NCBI GenBank assembly: GCA_041663405.1 | Contig: JBAYMW010000002.1 | Location: 1 to 38,768 of the forward strand | Length of the DNA: 38,768 nt | Direction: 5' to 3' | Source of the DNA: Candidatus Omnitrophota bacterium | Lineage (GTDB): Bacteria > Omnitrophota > Gorgyraeia > Pluralincolimonadales > Pluralincolimonadaceae | Shown: in pieces, positions 18,699 through 28,338 of the stretch | How the letters are laid out: each line of letters starts with the position of its first letter | Position numbering within the stretch: position 1 is the first letter of the stretch | Position numbers and translations under genes: made by a program | Notes under the pieces: model-generated | What the model saw: the letters and a program-made list of their open reading frames with translations, nothing else | Told to the model about the DNA's origin: nothing | Databases searched by the model: none

Positions 18699-19922
18699 CT
18701 AGAACCTCACTTTAATGGATTCTAAGTGTTTGTTTAGGCCTTCGAGCTTCGTCATCTTCTCGATGGACTTCTTGGCCTTCTCCAGGGCTTTCCTGGAATA
18801 TGACACTATGTGCGAGGACTTCATGAAATCCTCAATACCCAATCCGGAGAAGAAGCGCGCGGTCCCGCTTGTCGGCAGGACATGGCTCGGCCCGGCCACA
18901 TAATCTCCTACGGCGGTCGGGGAATACTGGCCCAGGAATATAGCTCCCGCGTTATTTATCTTCTTAAGCCATTTCTGCGGGTTCTTCACCATTATCTGGA
19001 GGTGTTCCGGCGCTATGCGGTTCACGATATCGCAGCCCTCCTCCATGTTCTTCGCGATTATGATATATCCGTTAGCGACCTCTTTCTTGACCATCTTCGC
19101 CAGCGGCTTTGAGGTAGTCACGAGGATCGGCAATCCCTTGAAGTGTTCGCTTTGCGCTTCGAGGTCCTTGATCACGAAAAGCGGGTTTGTCGACCTGTTG
19201 GCCATAACTACGACCTCGGAAGGCCCGGCTATCATGTCTATATCGACATAACCGAATACCTGTCTCTTCGCCTCGGTCACATAATCGTTGCCGGGGCCGA
19301 TTATCTTATCGACCTTAGGTATCGTCTTAGTCCCGAATGCCATGGCCGCGATCGCCTGCGCCCCGCCGACCTTGTAGACTTCGTCGACCTTAAGAAGGTT
19401 CGCAACCGCCAGTATGTAAGGATCGACGCTCTGGAACTTGTTCGGAGGCGTGCAGAGCACTATCGATCTTACGCCCGCAACCTTTGCGGGCAATACGGTC
19501 ATATATACCGTCGATACGAGCGGCGCGGTCCCCGCAGGCACGTATATGCCCACCTTTTCTATCGGTTCGTATTTTTCTCCCAGAACGACGCCATCCTCAT
19601 CGACTATCCTCCAGGATTTCTTGTTCCTTACCTGCTTCTTGTAGAATTTCGTGACGTTATCAATGATATTCTTTAGCTCGGAGATGAACTCGGAATCTAT
19701 GTCCTGGAACGCGCCGCTGGCCTCGCCCTCCGTGACGCGGAGCTGCTTCGCTGACAGCTTCACCTTATCGAACTTACGCGTGTACTTAATGACGGCTTCG
19801 TCGCCGTTCAGCCTCACGTCCTCGACGATCTTGCTCACGCTGTCCGACACCCTTTTCTTGCGGTTATTATACCGGCTGCAAAGCTTCTCGAACTCCTTGC
19901 TGCCTAATTTAACTATCTTCAT
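18699..19922 (-). CDS. hisD: Histidinol dehydrogenase
   Basis: 407 aa with IIGPGNDYVTEAKRQVFG, IDMIAGPSEV and IAPEHLQI motifs. Confidence 0.94.
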   Translation of the reverse strand: MKIVKLGSKEFEKLCSRYNNRKKRVSDSVSKIVEDVRLNGDEAVIKYTRKFDKVKLSAKQLRVTEGEASGAFQDIDSEFISELKNIIDNVTKFYKKQVRNKKSWRIVDEDGVVLGEKYEPIEKVGIYVPAGTAPLVSTVYMTVLPAKVAGVRSIVLCTPPNKFQSVDPYILAVANLLKVDEVYKVGGAQAIAAMAFGTKTIPKVDKIIGPGNDYVTEAKRQVFGYVDIDMIAGPSEVVVMANRSTNPLFVIKDLEAQSEHFKGLPILVTTSKPLAKMVKKEVANGYIIIAKNMEEGCDIVNRIAPEHLQIMVKNPQKWLKKINNAGAIFLGQYSPTAVGDYVAGPSHVLPTSGTARFFSGLGIEDFMKSSHIVSYSRKALEKAKKSIEKMTKLEGLNKHLESIKVRF

Positions 19923-22546
19923 TTTTTGATTTCCTTTACGGCGATCATGCCCGCCTTCAGCGCTTCATCCAATTTTGAGATATCTTTGCCTCCGGCCTGC
20001 GCGAGGTCCGGCCTGCCTCCTCCGCCGCCGCGTATCACCGAAGACATCGCCCTTATTATCGCGCGGGAATCTACGCCGCTATTTGCCAGGTCATCGGTGG
20101 CGCCTACAACAATAAAAGCCTTGCCTTCATAAGCGCCTGCAAGTAAAGAGACTGAACGGGTATTCAACGATCTCTTAACGGCATCGGTAAGGTTTACGAG
20201 GGTGTCAGGCGCATAACCGTCAAGCCTCTTAGCCACGACCGTAATACCATTATCCGACAATTCCTTTTCCGAAACAAGCTCTTTTGCCTTTTCATTCAGG
20301 CTTTCCGCCTGGTAAGATTTGAGCTTTTTGTCCAACTCGGATACCCTGTTTAAAAGTCTATCGATCTGGGCCGGGAGGCCTTCGGGCTTTACCATGAGTG
20401 AATCCGCGACTTCCTTCAGGATCTCCTCGGATTCCTTTATCATATTGTAGGCCGCCTCGCCCGCCACAGCCTCTATCCTTCTTATGCCGGCGGCAACAGA
20501 TTCCTCCGCCGTGATCTTGAATATGCCTATCTCGCCGGTCGCCTTTAAATGCGTTCCGCCGCAAAATTCCTTTGATATGCCCTTTACGTCAACAACGCGC
20601 ACATTTTTTCCGTATTTCTCGCCGAATAACGCGGTCGCGCCCGTCTTCTTCGCTTCATCGATATCCATCACCTGTACGCTAAGGCTCGCGTTATCGCGGA
20701 TATATTCGTTCACGATAGATTCCGCGGCGGCTATCTCCTCCGCGCTCATCGGCTTAAAATGCGTGAAATCGAACCTGAGCCTCTCCGGGGCTACAAGGGA
20801 ACCCGACTGGTGCACATGCTGGCCGAGGACCTTCCGCAATGCCGCCTGGAGCAGATGGGTCGCCGTGTGATGGCGGGCAATAGCCATCCTCCTCCCGCTG
20901 TCGACGACGGCCTTCACCCTGTCGCCGGCTTTCACCTCCCCTTCTTTTATTCTGCAAATATGGACGGGTATCTTCTCGGCCGTCTTTGTATCGGTCACGC
21001 TGATCTTAAATCCCTTGCCCTCAAGCACGCCCGTATCTCCGACCTGGCCGCCGGTCTCTCCGTAGAACGGCGTAATATCAAGTACGGCGGCAAAGTCCGA
21101 AGGGCCCTTTACAGAATTCACGACCTTATTATCCTTTATCAAGGCGATTATCGAAGAGGATGATTCAAGTTTATCATAACCTATAAACTCCGACCCGGTC
21201 CCTGTGCCCAGCACCGCCGCGGTAAGCGTCTCCGCGAAGACCTCGCCCGTAAGCTTTGTAGCGCCGCGGGACTTCCTGCGCTGTCCCTCCATCAGCTTCT
21301 CATATCCTTTTAGGTCCAGATTCAGGCCTTCTTCCGCAGCGAATTCCCTGATAAGGTCTATCGGCAATCCGCGGGTATCATGGAAATAGAAGATCCTGTC
21401 GCCCGGTATGGCCGCTTTCCCGGCCGCCTTCAGTTCCGCGGCAAGGTTCTCCAGGTCCGTCCTGACGTCCTCGTTAACCTGGAAGAATTTCTCTTCCTCG
21501 GATTTAATGATCACGCTTATGTTCTCACGGCGTTCTCCGATCTCCGGGTACCCGCCCTTCATCGCGCGCACGACGCTATCCACTAATTTATACAGAAAAG
21601 GCTCGTTCAAGCCCAGGAATTTTCCGTGCACCAGGGAGCGCCTGATAAGCGTCTTCAGCACATAGCCCCTCCCGGTATTTGCAGGAAGAACGCCGTCAGC
21701 TATGCATAGTACGGCAGCCCTCACGTGGTCTGCGATGGCATTTATATGCGAAGGGTCATCCTTCTCCGTCAGCTGCCTTATCCCATCTATGATCGGCTTG
21801 AAGATATCCGTATCAAAATTCGTAGGAACGCCCTGCATGACTGAGGCCAGGCGTTCCAAGCCCATCCCCGTATCTATATTCTTGTTGGGCAGCGGCTCGA
21901 GCTTGTTAGGCCCGACCCTGTTGAACTGGGTAAAGACCAGGTTCCAAACCTCGACATGCCTGCGGCAGCAGCCGGGCCTGCAGTCCGGTTTTCCGCAGCC
22001 GTACTTCTCGCCGCGGTCAAAATATATCTCCGAGCAGGGTCCACAGGGTCCGTTCGGGCCTTCCTCGGGCGCGTTGGCAGGCCAGAAGTTGTCCTTAGCC
22101 CCGAACCTGATGATCCTGCTCTCCGGGATTCTGATCCTGTCTTTCCATATCCTGTAAGCCTCTTCGTCATCCTTATACACGGACACCCATAGGTCCTTCT
22201 CTTTCATCCCGAGTTCTTTGGTAAGGAACTCCCATGCCCAGGCAATCGCCTCTTCCTTGAAGTAATCGCCGAAGGAGAAGTTCCCGAGCATCTCAAACAA
22301 CGAATGATGCGACGGTGTCTTTCCGACATTATCGAGGTCGCCGGTCCGCAGGCACTTCTGGCAGCTTGCGGCGCGTTTCAGGTCTCTCCTCTTGCCGAGG
22401 AAATAATCCTTGAACTGGTTCATGCCGGCGCTTGTGAAGAGGACTGTCGGATCATCCTTAGGCACGAGCGAATCCGAGGCGATGACCGGATGGCTCTTGG
22501 ATCCAAAATATTTAAGGAATTTACTCCTCAGCTGGTCCGTAGTCAT
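19919..22546 (-). CDS. alaS: Alanine--tRNA ligase
   Basis: 875 aa with FTSAGMNQFKDYFLG, the editing-domain HHTATHLL and CGGTH motifs, and a C-terminal DHHA1-like GGGGRPDLAQAGG. Confidence 0.97.
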   Translation of the reverse strand: MTTDQLRSKFLKYFGSKSHPVIASDSLVPKDDPTVLFTSAGMNQFKDYFLGKRRDLKRAASCQKCLRTGDLDNVGKTPSHHSLFEMLGNFSFGDYFKEEAIAWAWEFLTKELGMKEKDLWVSVYKDDEEAYRIWKDRIRIPESRIIRFGAKDNFWPANAPEEGPNGPCGPCSEIYFDRGEKYGCGKPDCRPGCCRRHVEVWNLVFTQFNRVGPNKLEPLPNKNIDTGMGLERLASVMQGVPTNFDTDIFKPIIDGIRQLTEKDDPSHINAIADHVRAAVLCIADGVLPANTGRGYVLKTLIRRSLVHGKFLGLNEPFLYKLVDSVVRAMKGGYPEIGERRENISVIIKSEEEKFFQVNEDVRTDLENLAAELKAAGKAAIPGDRIFYFHDTRGLPIDLIREFAAEEGLNLDLKGYEKLMEGQRRKSRGATKLTGEVFAETLTAAVLGTGTGSEFIGYDKLESSSSIIALIKDNKVVNSVKGPSDFAAVLDITPFYGETGGQVGDTGVLEGKGFKISVTDTKTAEKIPVHICRIKEGEVKAGDRVKAVVDSGRRMAIARHHTATHLLQAALRKVLGQHVHQSGSLVAPERLRFDFTHFKPMSAEEIAAAESIVNEYIRDNASLSVQVMDIDEAKKTGATALFGEKYGKNVRVVDVKGISKEFCGGTHLKATGEIGIFKITAEESVAAGIRRIEAVAGEAAYNMIKESEEILKEVADSLMVKPEGLPAQIDRLLNRVSELDKKLKSYQAESLNEKAKELVSEKELSDNGITVVAKRLDGYAPDTLVNLTDAVKRSLNTRSVSLLAGAYEGKAFIVVGATDDLANSGVDSRAIIRAMSSVIRGGGGGRPDLAQAGGKDISKLDEALKAGMIAVKEIKK

Positions 22547-22991
22547 AGTTTTCCTTGATGAGTTTCCATATCGTATTGGCGGAAAAACCCCTGCGGCTCA
22601 AAAAATCGAATATCCTCTTCTTTGCCTTCTCGGGATCGAGCCCCCTTAAACCCGCGATCTTCCTTCTGACAAGAGGGCCAGCGATCTCCGCTTCGTCGAA
22701 CAGGCCTTCATACTCCGCGAATGCCGCGCTTATCGTCTCTTCGGCCAGGCCTTTTGCCCTAAGCTCCCTCATTATGAGGCTTTTTCCCGAGGGCTTAAGC
22801 GAGATCCGGTCGCCTATCCAGAGCTTCGCGAAGATCCTGTCGTCAAGCAGGTTCTTGGCTTCAAGTTCATCGATCGCCCGCGCTATTATAATGCCGCGAT
22901 GGCCCTTTTGTTTCAGCCGCTGGGCCATCTCCTTAACGCTGCGCGGGCGGAACCTTAATAGCCTTAAGGCATCCGCCCTCGCTTTATGCAA
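22521..22991 (-). CDS. recX: RecA regulator RecX
   Basis: 156 aa of helical repeats (ALRLLRFRPRSVKEMAQRLKQKG ...). Sits in the conserved position between recA and alaS. Confidence 0.85.
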   Translation of the reverse strand: MHKARADALRLLRFRPRSVKEMAQRLKQKGHRGIIIARAIDELEAKNLLDDRIFAKLWIGDRISLKPSGKSLIMRELRAKGLAEETISAAFAEYEGLFDEAEIAGPLVRRKIAGLRGLDPEKAKKRIFDFLSRRGFSANTIWKLIKENYDYGPAEE

Positions 22992-23027
22992 TGCCTCTTC
23001 TTCTGTACCGATATTACCGTCCTTCGT

Positions 23028-24068
23028 CTATGCTATCGTCTTCTCTCTGATCTTCTTTTCCAGCTCATGCAGGAGTTTTGGATTTTCCTTGAGGAATGCC
23101 TTGGCGTTCTCCCTGCCCTGGCCGATCTTCTGGTCGCCGTAAATAAGCCATGAACCGCTCTTTGCGATGATCTCCAGGTTTACGGCCAGATCGATTATAT
23201 CGCCCGTGCGGGAGATCCCTTCGTTGTATATTATATCGAACTCAGCTTGCCTGAAAGGCGCGGCTACCTTGTTCTTCACGACCTTTACCCTTACGTGGCT
23301 TCCGACAGATACGTCGTTCAGTTTTATGTTATCTATGCGCCTTATATCCAGCCTTACCGACGCATAGAACTTAAGGGCGCGTCCGCCGGGAGTCGTCTCG
23401 GGGTTCCCGAACATGACGCCGATCTTCTCGCGTATCTGGTTTATAAATATGACCGAGGTCTTGGATTTGCTGATTGATGATGTCAGTTTGCGCAATGCCT
23501 GCGACATTAGTCTCGCCTGCAGGCCCATGTGCGAATCTCCCATCTCGCCCTCTATTTCGGCCCTCGGGACCAGGGCGGCGACAGAATCCACGACTACTAT
23601 ATCCACCGCGCTTGATTTCACCAGCGTCTCGCATATTTCCAGGGCCTGTTCGCCCGAATCCGGCTGAGATATCAAAAGTTCGTCGATGTTCACGCCGAGC
23701 TTCTTCGCGTACGTGGAATCGAACGCATGCTCCGCGTCAATAAAGGCCGCCACGCCGCCCGCCTTCTGCGCTTCAGCGACTATGCTTAAGGAGAGCGTGG
23801 TCTTGCCTGAAGACTCGGGCCCGTATATCTCTATGACGCGCCCCCTCGGCACGCCTCCGATACCTATGGCCAGGTCCAGCGACAGGGCGCCTGTGGGAAT
23901 GCACTCGACCTTGTAATGCGGCTCCTGCCCAAGCTTCATAATGGAACCCTTGCCGAATTGTTTCTCGATGTGCGCCAACGCCAGTTCGAGCGCTTTCGTC
24001 CTCTCGCCGGCGACCTTCTCCTGCTGCTTCTCTTCCTTTTTCACTTCTTTCTCGTCCTTCTTTACCAT
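23028..24068 (-). CDS. recA: Recombinase RecA
   Basis: Walker A is [10 protein letters not shown], followed by canonical RecA sequence throughout. I place the start at ATG 24068 (MVKKDEKE...), preceded by AAGGAGGG at 24083..24076. The track start at 24119 adds 17 aa with no RBS. Confidence 0.96.
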   Translation of the reverse strand: MVKKDEKEVKKEEKQQEKVAGERTKALELALAHIEKQFGKGSIMKLGQEPHYKVECIPTGALSLDLAIGIGGVPRGRVIEIYGPESSGKTTLSLSIVAEAQKAGGVAAFIDAEHAFDSTYAKKLGVNIDELLISQPDSGEQALEICETLVKSSAVDIVVVDSVAALVPRAEIEGEMGDSHMGLQARLMSQALRKLTSSISKSKTSVIFINQIREKIGVMFGNPETTPGGRALKFYASVRLDIRRIDNIKLNDVSVGSHVRVKVVKNKVAAPFRQAEFDIIYNEGISRTGDIIDLAVNLEIIAKSGSWLIYGDQKIGQGRENAKAFLKENPKLLHELEKKIREKTIA

Positions 24069-24186
24069 ATTTGTTCCCTCCTTAAGGTTTATATGGTTTA
24101 TGCTCCTGTCACTATACATATAGACGGAGCTTTGAGGGATTTTCTTTCAAATATTTACAGGCAGGGAGCTGCCTTATAACCGAATT

Positions 24187-24215
24187 ATTATACGATTCCG
24201 GCCACTTTTTGTAAA
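24187..24215 (-). promoter_or_regulatory. Sigma70-type promoter upstream of recA
   Basis: On the minus strand: TTTACA (24215..24210), 17 nt spacer, TATAAT (24192..24187). This predicts a leader of about 110 nt. Confidence 0.55.
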
Positions 24216-24220
24216 GACAA

Positions 24221-25009
24221 TTAAGCCAATTTTAGCAAAATTCTTGCGTTCGATGAGAGTATTTTATCCTTAAGCCCGCCGTCAATGTCAAGGCCGCCGA
24301 TATAATCCAGGTCCTTCTTCGGGTCCCTGAGCGGGAAATCCGTTCCGAATAGCAGCCTGTCCGGCCTGTGGGATAATAACAGTCTCCTCGTCTCCTCTTT
24401 CGGCAGGAACCCGAAAAAAAAGGATGTATCGAGATAGATGTCCTTGCCGAGAAGGTGCTTCTTCACTTCGTCCCATAACCTGAAACCGCCGAAATGCCCG
24501 CCGATCATCTTTAGGCCCGGGAACTTTTCCTTGACCTTGATGACGCGATGCGGGGATGATCTCACTTGCATGGTCCCTGAAAGCTCCTCGCCGCAATGGA
24601 AGAGTACCGGCAGGCCGGCTTTCTCCATCTCTCCGTATGCCGGGAATACGCTCTCGTCGTCGACGTAAAAACCCTGGAACTCCGGCTGCAGCTTTATTCC
24701 GTCGCCTTTGTCCCTTATTCTCTTCAGTTCGTCCCTCCAGCCTGCGTACGCGGGATGGAACGCGCAGAAGACCTTTAAACGTTTGCTCCTGATACCAAAG
24801 AGCCAGTCATTTATAGCCGGCACCTGCTCCGGCTTTGTCGCGACCGAACATATGACGCTCACGTCGATGCCGTTTTTGTCCATGTGTTCCAGCAGGCCGT
24901 CTTCCGTGGGATCGCAGATCATCTTAACCCCGAAGAGCGACTCAAGGCTCTCCCTCGCCTTCTGCGACACCTTCCCGGGCCAGGCGTGAGTATGTATGTC
25001 TACGATCAC
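24221..25009 (-). CDS. Amidohydrolase-2 family (TIM-barrel metal-dependent hydrolase)
   Basis: 262 aa starting MIVDIHTHAWP (HxH metal motif), with FHCG and GTDFP motifs. GTG start in a GTGA overlap with the upstream gene stop. Confidence 0.75.
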   Translation of the reverse strand: MIVDIHTHAWPGKVSQKARESLESLFGVKMICDPTEDGLLEHMDKNGIDVSVICSVATKPEQVPAINDWLFGIRSKRLKVFCAFHPAYAGWRDELKRIRDKGDGIKLQPEFQGFYVDDESVFPAYGEMEKAGLPVLFHCGEELSGTMQVRSSPHRVIKVKEKFPGLKMIGGHFGGFRLWDEVKKHLLGKDIYLDTSFFFGFLPKEETRRLLLSHRPDRLLFGTDFPLRDPKKDLDYIGGLDIDGGLKDKILSSNARILLKLA

Positions 25010-28000
25010 TTTTTAGCTTTCATCTCCTCGAGGCTGCAGCCCTTCAATTCCTTCGGCAGCACGAACTTAAAGCCCTTCGGCGGTTTTGCGTTGCCATAGA
25101 TGAAATATTCTATCTTATCGCCTGTCTTAATGATCTTATAGCATATCTTCCCGTAGAGCGTGGGCATCTCCTTTACCTCTATGCCCTTCTCGAACCATTC
25201 CGGATCAAGGCCTGCGCCGAGGATGAGCTTGCCATCGTCCTCATAAACGAACATCGTGCGCACCGCGTCGATATAACCCGATCCCACCCATGTATGCGGC
25301 ATATCTCCGATATACGAAGGCGCGCGCACTTTCGCGTGGACGACCTCGGCCATGTGGTTCCAGGCGTAAGGCCTTACCGAATCCTTCAGGAAATACCTGA
25401 GCATTGTCAATCCGCGGTTGCGCTGGTCCATCTTGAAGAAAGCGTTTGCCGTCCGCACCTCGTACGGCGTGAACGTCCTCTCCTGGCCGGCTACCATGCC
25501 TTTGCAAAATTCCACATAGTACTTGTCGAACGTCTTCTTAAGCAGCTCCTTGGGCATGTATTCCAGCTCGCCCGCGGCCACTATAGCTATAGCCGTCGAG
25601 GTGGCGTCGAAATCGCCCTTCTCCACGCAGCCCGGTATATAATCGAGTTTGTCCCTTTCGACGACCAACTGTATCGACTCGTAAAGGCATTTACGGAAAT
25701 CATCCAGCTCCTTTGTCATCCAATCCGCGCTCTCGGCGTCTCCCATCAGCTCCGCGAGATATATGCCGTCCTTGAATCCCCTTATCGCGAAGAAATCATC
25801 CCAGTAGCTGTGCTGCGCCGGATAATACCCCTCATGGCTGTTCGACTTGGGCAGGATACCGTAATAGGGTTTTTTCTTCGCGTCGCTCTTGAACTCATCG
25901 GTCATGTTGCGGCGCCTCAAGTTGCGCGTGAACTCAAGGGCTTTCAGGACCTTCGGATAGACCGTCGGAAGGTACGCCTTGTCCCCGGAATAATCGATAT
26001 AGTTCCTGACGGCATACACATACTCTCCCTGCGAATCCCACTCGACGCCCTCGCCGGTGCCGTTGTCGTTAAGGCCGATGGGATTGCCGCCTTCGAACAC
26101 GATATACGGGACATACCCATTGTCCAAAACCTTAGAGGATACCGCATCAAGCCACGATTTCACCTCGTCGTTTATGCCCATCCTGAGAAGTGAGGCGCTG
26201 GTCAACGCGCCGTCGCGTATCCATGAATGGCAGTAATTGCGCGAGCCCGGCTTTACCCACGGCCCATCCTTGTTGATGAGGATATAAGCTATGTTCGTCC
26301 TCATGACATCCGTGATGCGTGTCTCGGGTATATCTATGTAGACCCTGTTAAGCTCATTCTTCCAGAAGCCTGTTTGTTTTGAGAGGTCGGCGTTAAAATC
26401 AGCTAATTTACCCGCAGGCATTTGCACGATGAATGTCTTAACTTCGCCCGGCGCGGCCGCCAAGTCAAAAGAAAGGCCTGCCGATGCCGTGCCTTCCACG
26501 CTCTCAGCTGTCAGCGACGGCGGCAACGTGCCGTTCTTCATGAAATCGACCACATCACCCTTTGATAGCTCGGCCGCACCCATCGAAACGCCATCGGTTC
26601 CCGACACAAGGCGATCCATCCCGTTAATAGAGAGCACTGCGGGCTTGCATTCTATCTTGTTGATAGGGCTGAAACCTCCCCTTTGCCATATCGGGTTTAC
26701 CTGGACAGGGCGGATAGCGAGAAATAGCTTGCCTTTCAATGCAATATTGCCGGTATTCCTGACGATATACCTCAATGCCATTTCGGAGCCGCTTGAGGAT
26801 AACGCCGTGACCTCAAGCGACCAGTCCGCGTGGTCCCAGGTAACCGTCGGGATCGGAAGATAACCGTCCGCCAGCGACTGTGAGACCTTGCAGTCCTCGG
26901 CCGTATACAACTTGCCGCCCTCATATACAAAAGGCATTACCGAGAAGCCGTCCTTATACGGTTCGAAAGTACCCGTCTCGCTCAGCAGGCCTTCGTCGTT
27001 TGAATCAGGCATGCCGACGATCGTCCAAAACTCCTGCAGGCGCCTCAGCCACATCGGGTAATATCCCGCAGGCGATTCCTTCGCGCGCGCCTGGTAGCTC
27101 TTAATGGGCGTAGCCTGTTCCTCGCCGCTCTTCGGCTCGAAACCCTTTATATCGCAGCTATTCCCTGCAGCCGGCTTGATGCAGTTGATCCTGAACTCCT
27201 TTACCTGGGAAGTCTTGAAATATATCCAATCCTTGCCGCCGTTGCCGTTGTCGGTCCTGTAAACTTCCTTGAAGTCTTTTCCGTCCTTCGAGATCTCAAG
27301 CGTATATTCCTTAGCGTAATTATCCGCCCAGGAGAGTATAACGCCGCCGAGGTCTGTCCTCGAGGGCAGCTTTATATCTATCACGGTACCGCTCTTAGTG
27401 ATAACCGGCGGATCATTCCCGTCGATGAACGAGACCTCCCAAAGCGAATTTCCCCAGCCTGTCCCGCGCTGGATGCAATTGATCTTCAGGGCGGACGCCT
27501 CGACCGGCTCAAAATAGACAATATCCGTGCTGCCGTCGCCGTCAGCGGTTTCGTAAACCTTATTCCATTTGCCCGAAGCGTCCTTGACCTCTATATTATA
27601 TATCTCGGTAAAAGCCGTCTCCCATTTCAATATGACGCCGCATATTTTATGCGGGGAGTCGAAATCCGCCTGCCACCACTGGTTGTCCTCGAAATTGCTC
27701 GACCAGCGTGACTGCATATTGCCGTCGATGGCCTTCTCGGCGCTGTAATCGGAATCTCCGGATGAAGCGGCCGCCTTCGCCTTGATCGGGTCCGGCTCGT
27801 TCAGCTTAAGTTCCCTTATCGAATTGCCCCATTGTGTCGCCCTTACGGGCATTTCTATCTTAAGGTAACGCGCCTTTAAGTTATTTACGGGGATCATATC
27901 GGATCCGCCCTTACCCTGCTTATTTTCGAAGACCTTCTGCCATGCGGAATTGTCCGGCGAGACCATTACCCTGTACTCTTTGGGATATGCGTCTTCCCAG

Positions 28001-28248
28001 ATTATGGTTATCTTCCTGATATCCTTTGGCTGGCCGAAATCGACCGCCCACCACTGGTTATCGGCGAACTGGCTCGACCAGCGGGTCGAGACATCCCCGT
28101 CAACGGCAAGCTGCGCGCCGAAATTCTCTTCCACGGACGAAGCGGACGCCTTCCACCCCTCATCGGCCGATAAAGTGCTGACGCTAAAGGACAATACTGC
28201 CGAGACTACTGTCGAGACTACCGCCAATACAACGATGTTCCTGTACAT
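25006..28248 (-). CDS. Secreted protein with tandem F5/8 type C (discoidin/CBM32-like) modules and a C-terminal six-hairpin (alpha/alpha)6 glycosidase-like domain
   Basis: 1080 aa with a signal peptide and an AGGAGGG RBS. The motif DG-x(4)-RWSS-x-F-x-DNQWW-x-x-DF occurs twice. The C-terminal region contains HSWIRDGALTSASLL, a glucoamylase-like W-x-RD motif. Family assignment is tentative. Confidence 0.75.
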   Translation of the reverse strand: MYRNIVVLAVVSTVVSAVLSFSVSTLSADEGWKASASSVEENFGAQLAVDGDVSTRWSSQFADNQWWAVDFGQPKDIRKITIIWEDAYPKEYRVMVSPDNSAWQKVFENKQGKGGSDMIPVNNLKARYLKIEMPVRATQWGNSIRELKLNEPDPIKAKAAASSGDSDYSAEKAIDGNMQSRWSSNFEDNQWWQADFDSPHKICGVILKWETAFTEIYNIEVKDASGKWNKVYETADGDGSTDIVYFEPVEASALKINCIQRGTGWGNSLWEVSFIDGNDPPVITKSGTVIDIKLPSRTDLGGVILSWADNYAKEYTLEISKDGKDFKEVYRTDNGNGGKDWIYFKTSQVKEFRINCIKPAAGNSCDIKGFEPKSGEEQATPIKSYQARAKESPAGYYPMWLRRLQEFWTIVGMPDSNDEGLLSETGTFEPYKDGFSVMPFVYEGGKLYTAEDCKVSQSLADGYLPIPTVTWDHADWSLEVTALSSSGSEMALRYIVRNTGNIALKGKLFLAIRPVQVNPIWQRGGFSPINKIECKPAVLSINGMDRLVSGTDGVSMGAAELSKGDVVDFMKNGTLPPSLTAESVEGTASAGLSFDLAAAPGEVKTFIVQMPAGKLADFNADLSKQTGFWKNELNRVYIDIPETRITDVMRTNIAYILINKDGPWVKPGSRNYCHSWIRDGALTSASLLRMGINDEVKSWLDAVSSKVLDNGYVPYIVFEGGNPIGLNDNGTGEGVEWDSQGEYVYAVRNYIDYSGDKAYLPTVYPKVLKALEFTRNLRRRNMTDEFKSDAKKKPYYGILPKSNSHEGYYPAQHSYWDDFFAIRGFKDGIYLAELMGDAESADWMTKELDDFRKCLYESIQLVVERDKLDYIPGCVEKGDFDATSTAIAIVAAGELEYMPKELLKKTFDKYYVEFCKGMVAGQERTFTPYEVRTANAFFKMDQRNRGLTMLRYFLKDSVRPYAWNHMAEVVHAKVRAPSYIGDMPHTWVGSGYIDAVRTMFVYEDDGKLILGAGLDPEWFEKGIEVKEMPTLYGKICYKIIKTGDKIEYFIYGNAKPPKGFKFVLPKELKGCSLEEMKAKK
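27136..28152 (-). repeat. Three tandem discoidin-type modules (two complete, the third lacking the N-terminal DG..RW segment) inside the 1080-aa CDS
   Basis: Modules span aa 33-149, 158-275 and 283-371. Shared motifs include RWSS.F.DNQWW..DF, GWGNS(I/L)(R/W)E and Y(F/L)K(I/T). Confidence 0.7.
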
Positions 28249-28322
28249 TGAAACCCTCCTGAGTTTTTATGCCCGGATAAATGTTATGATATCTGAATTG
28301 TTCTCCCAAGGCAAGCCATTTA

Positions 28323-28331
28323 TGTTATAAT
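28323..28331 (+). promoter_or_regulatory. Extended -10 element (TGtTATAAT) immediately upstream of the cinA ATG
   Basis: TG at 28323..28324 and TATAAT at 28326..28331. Only 7 nt (ctttggc, no SD) separate it from the ATG at 28339. No good -35 element. Confidence 0.4.
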
Positions 28332-28338
28332 CTTTGGC

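Noticed and set aside
24069-24119. Seventeen-aa N-terminal extension of recA (track start at 24119)
   Set aside because: No RBS precedes 24119, whereas AAGGAGGG sits 7 nt upstream of the internal ATG at 24068. The extension also covers the leader palindrome.
24069-24220. Canonical LexA/SOS boxes upstream of recA
   Set aside because: Only a lone CTGT half-site at the 3' edge of the leader hairpin was found. There is no CTGT-N8-ACAG, GAAC-N4-GTTC or GTTC-N7-GTTC match.
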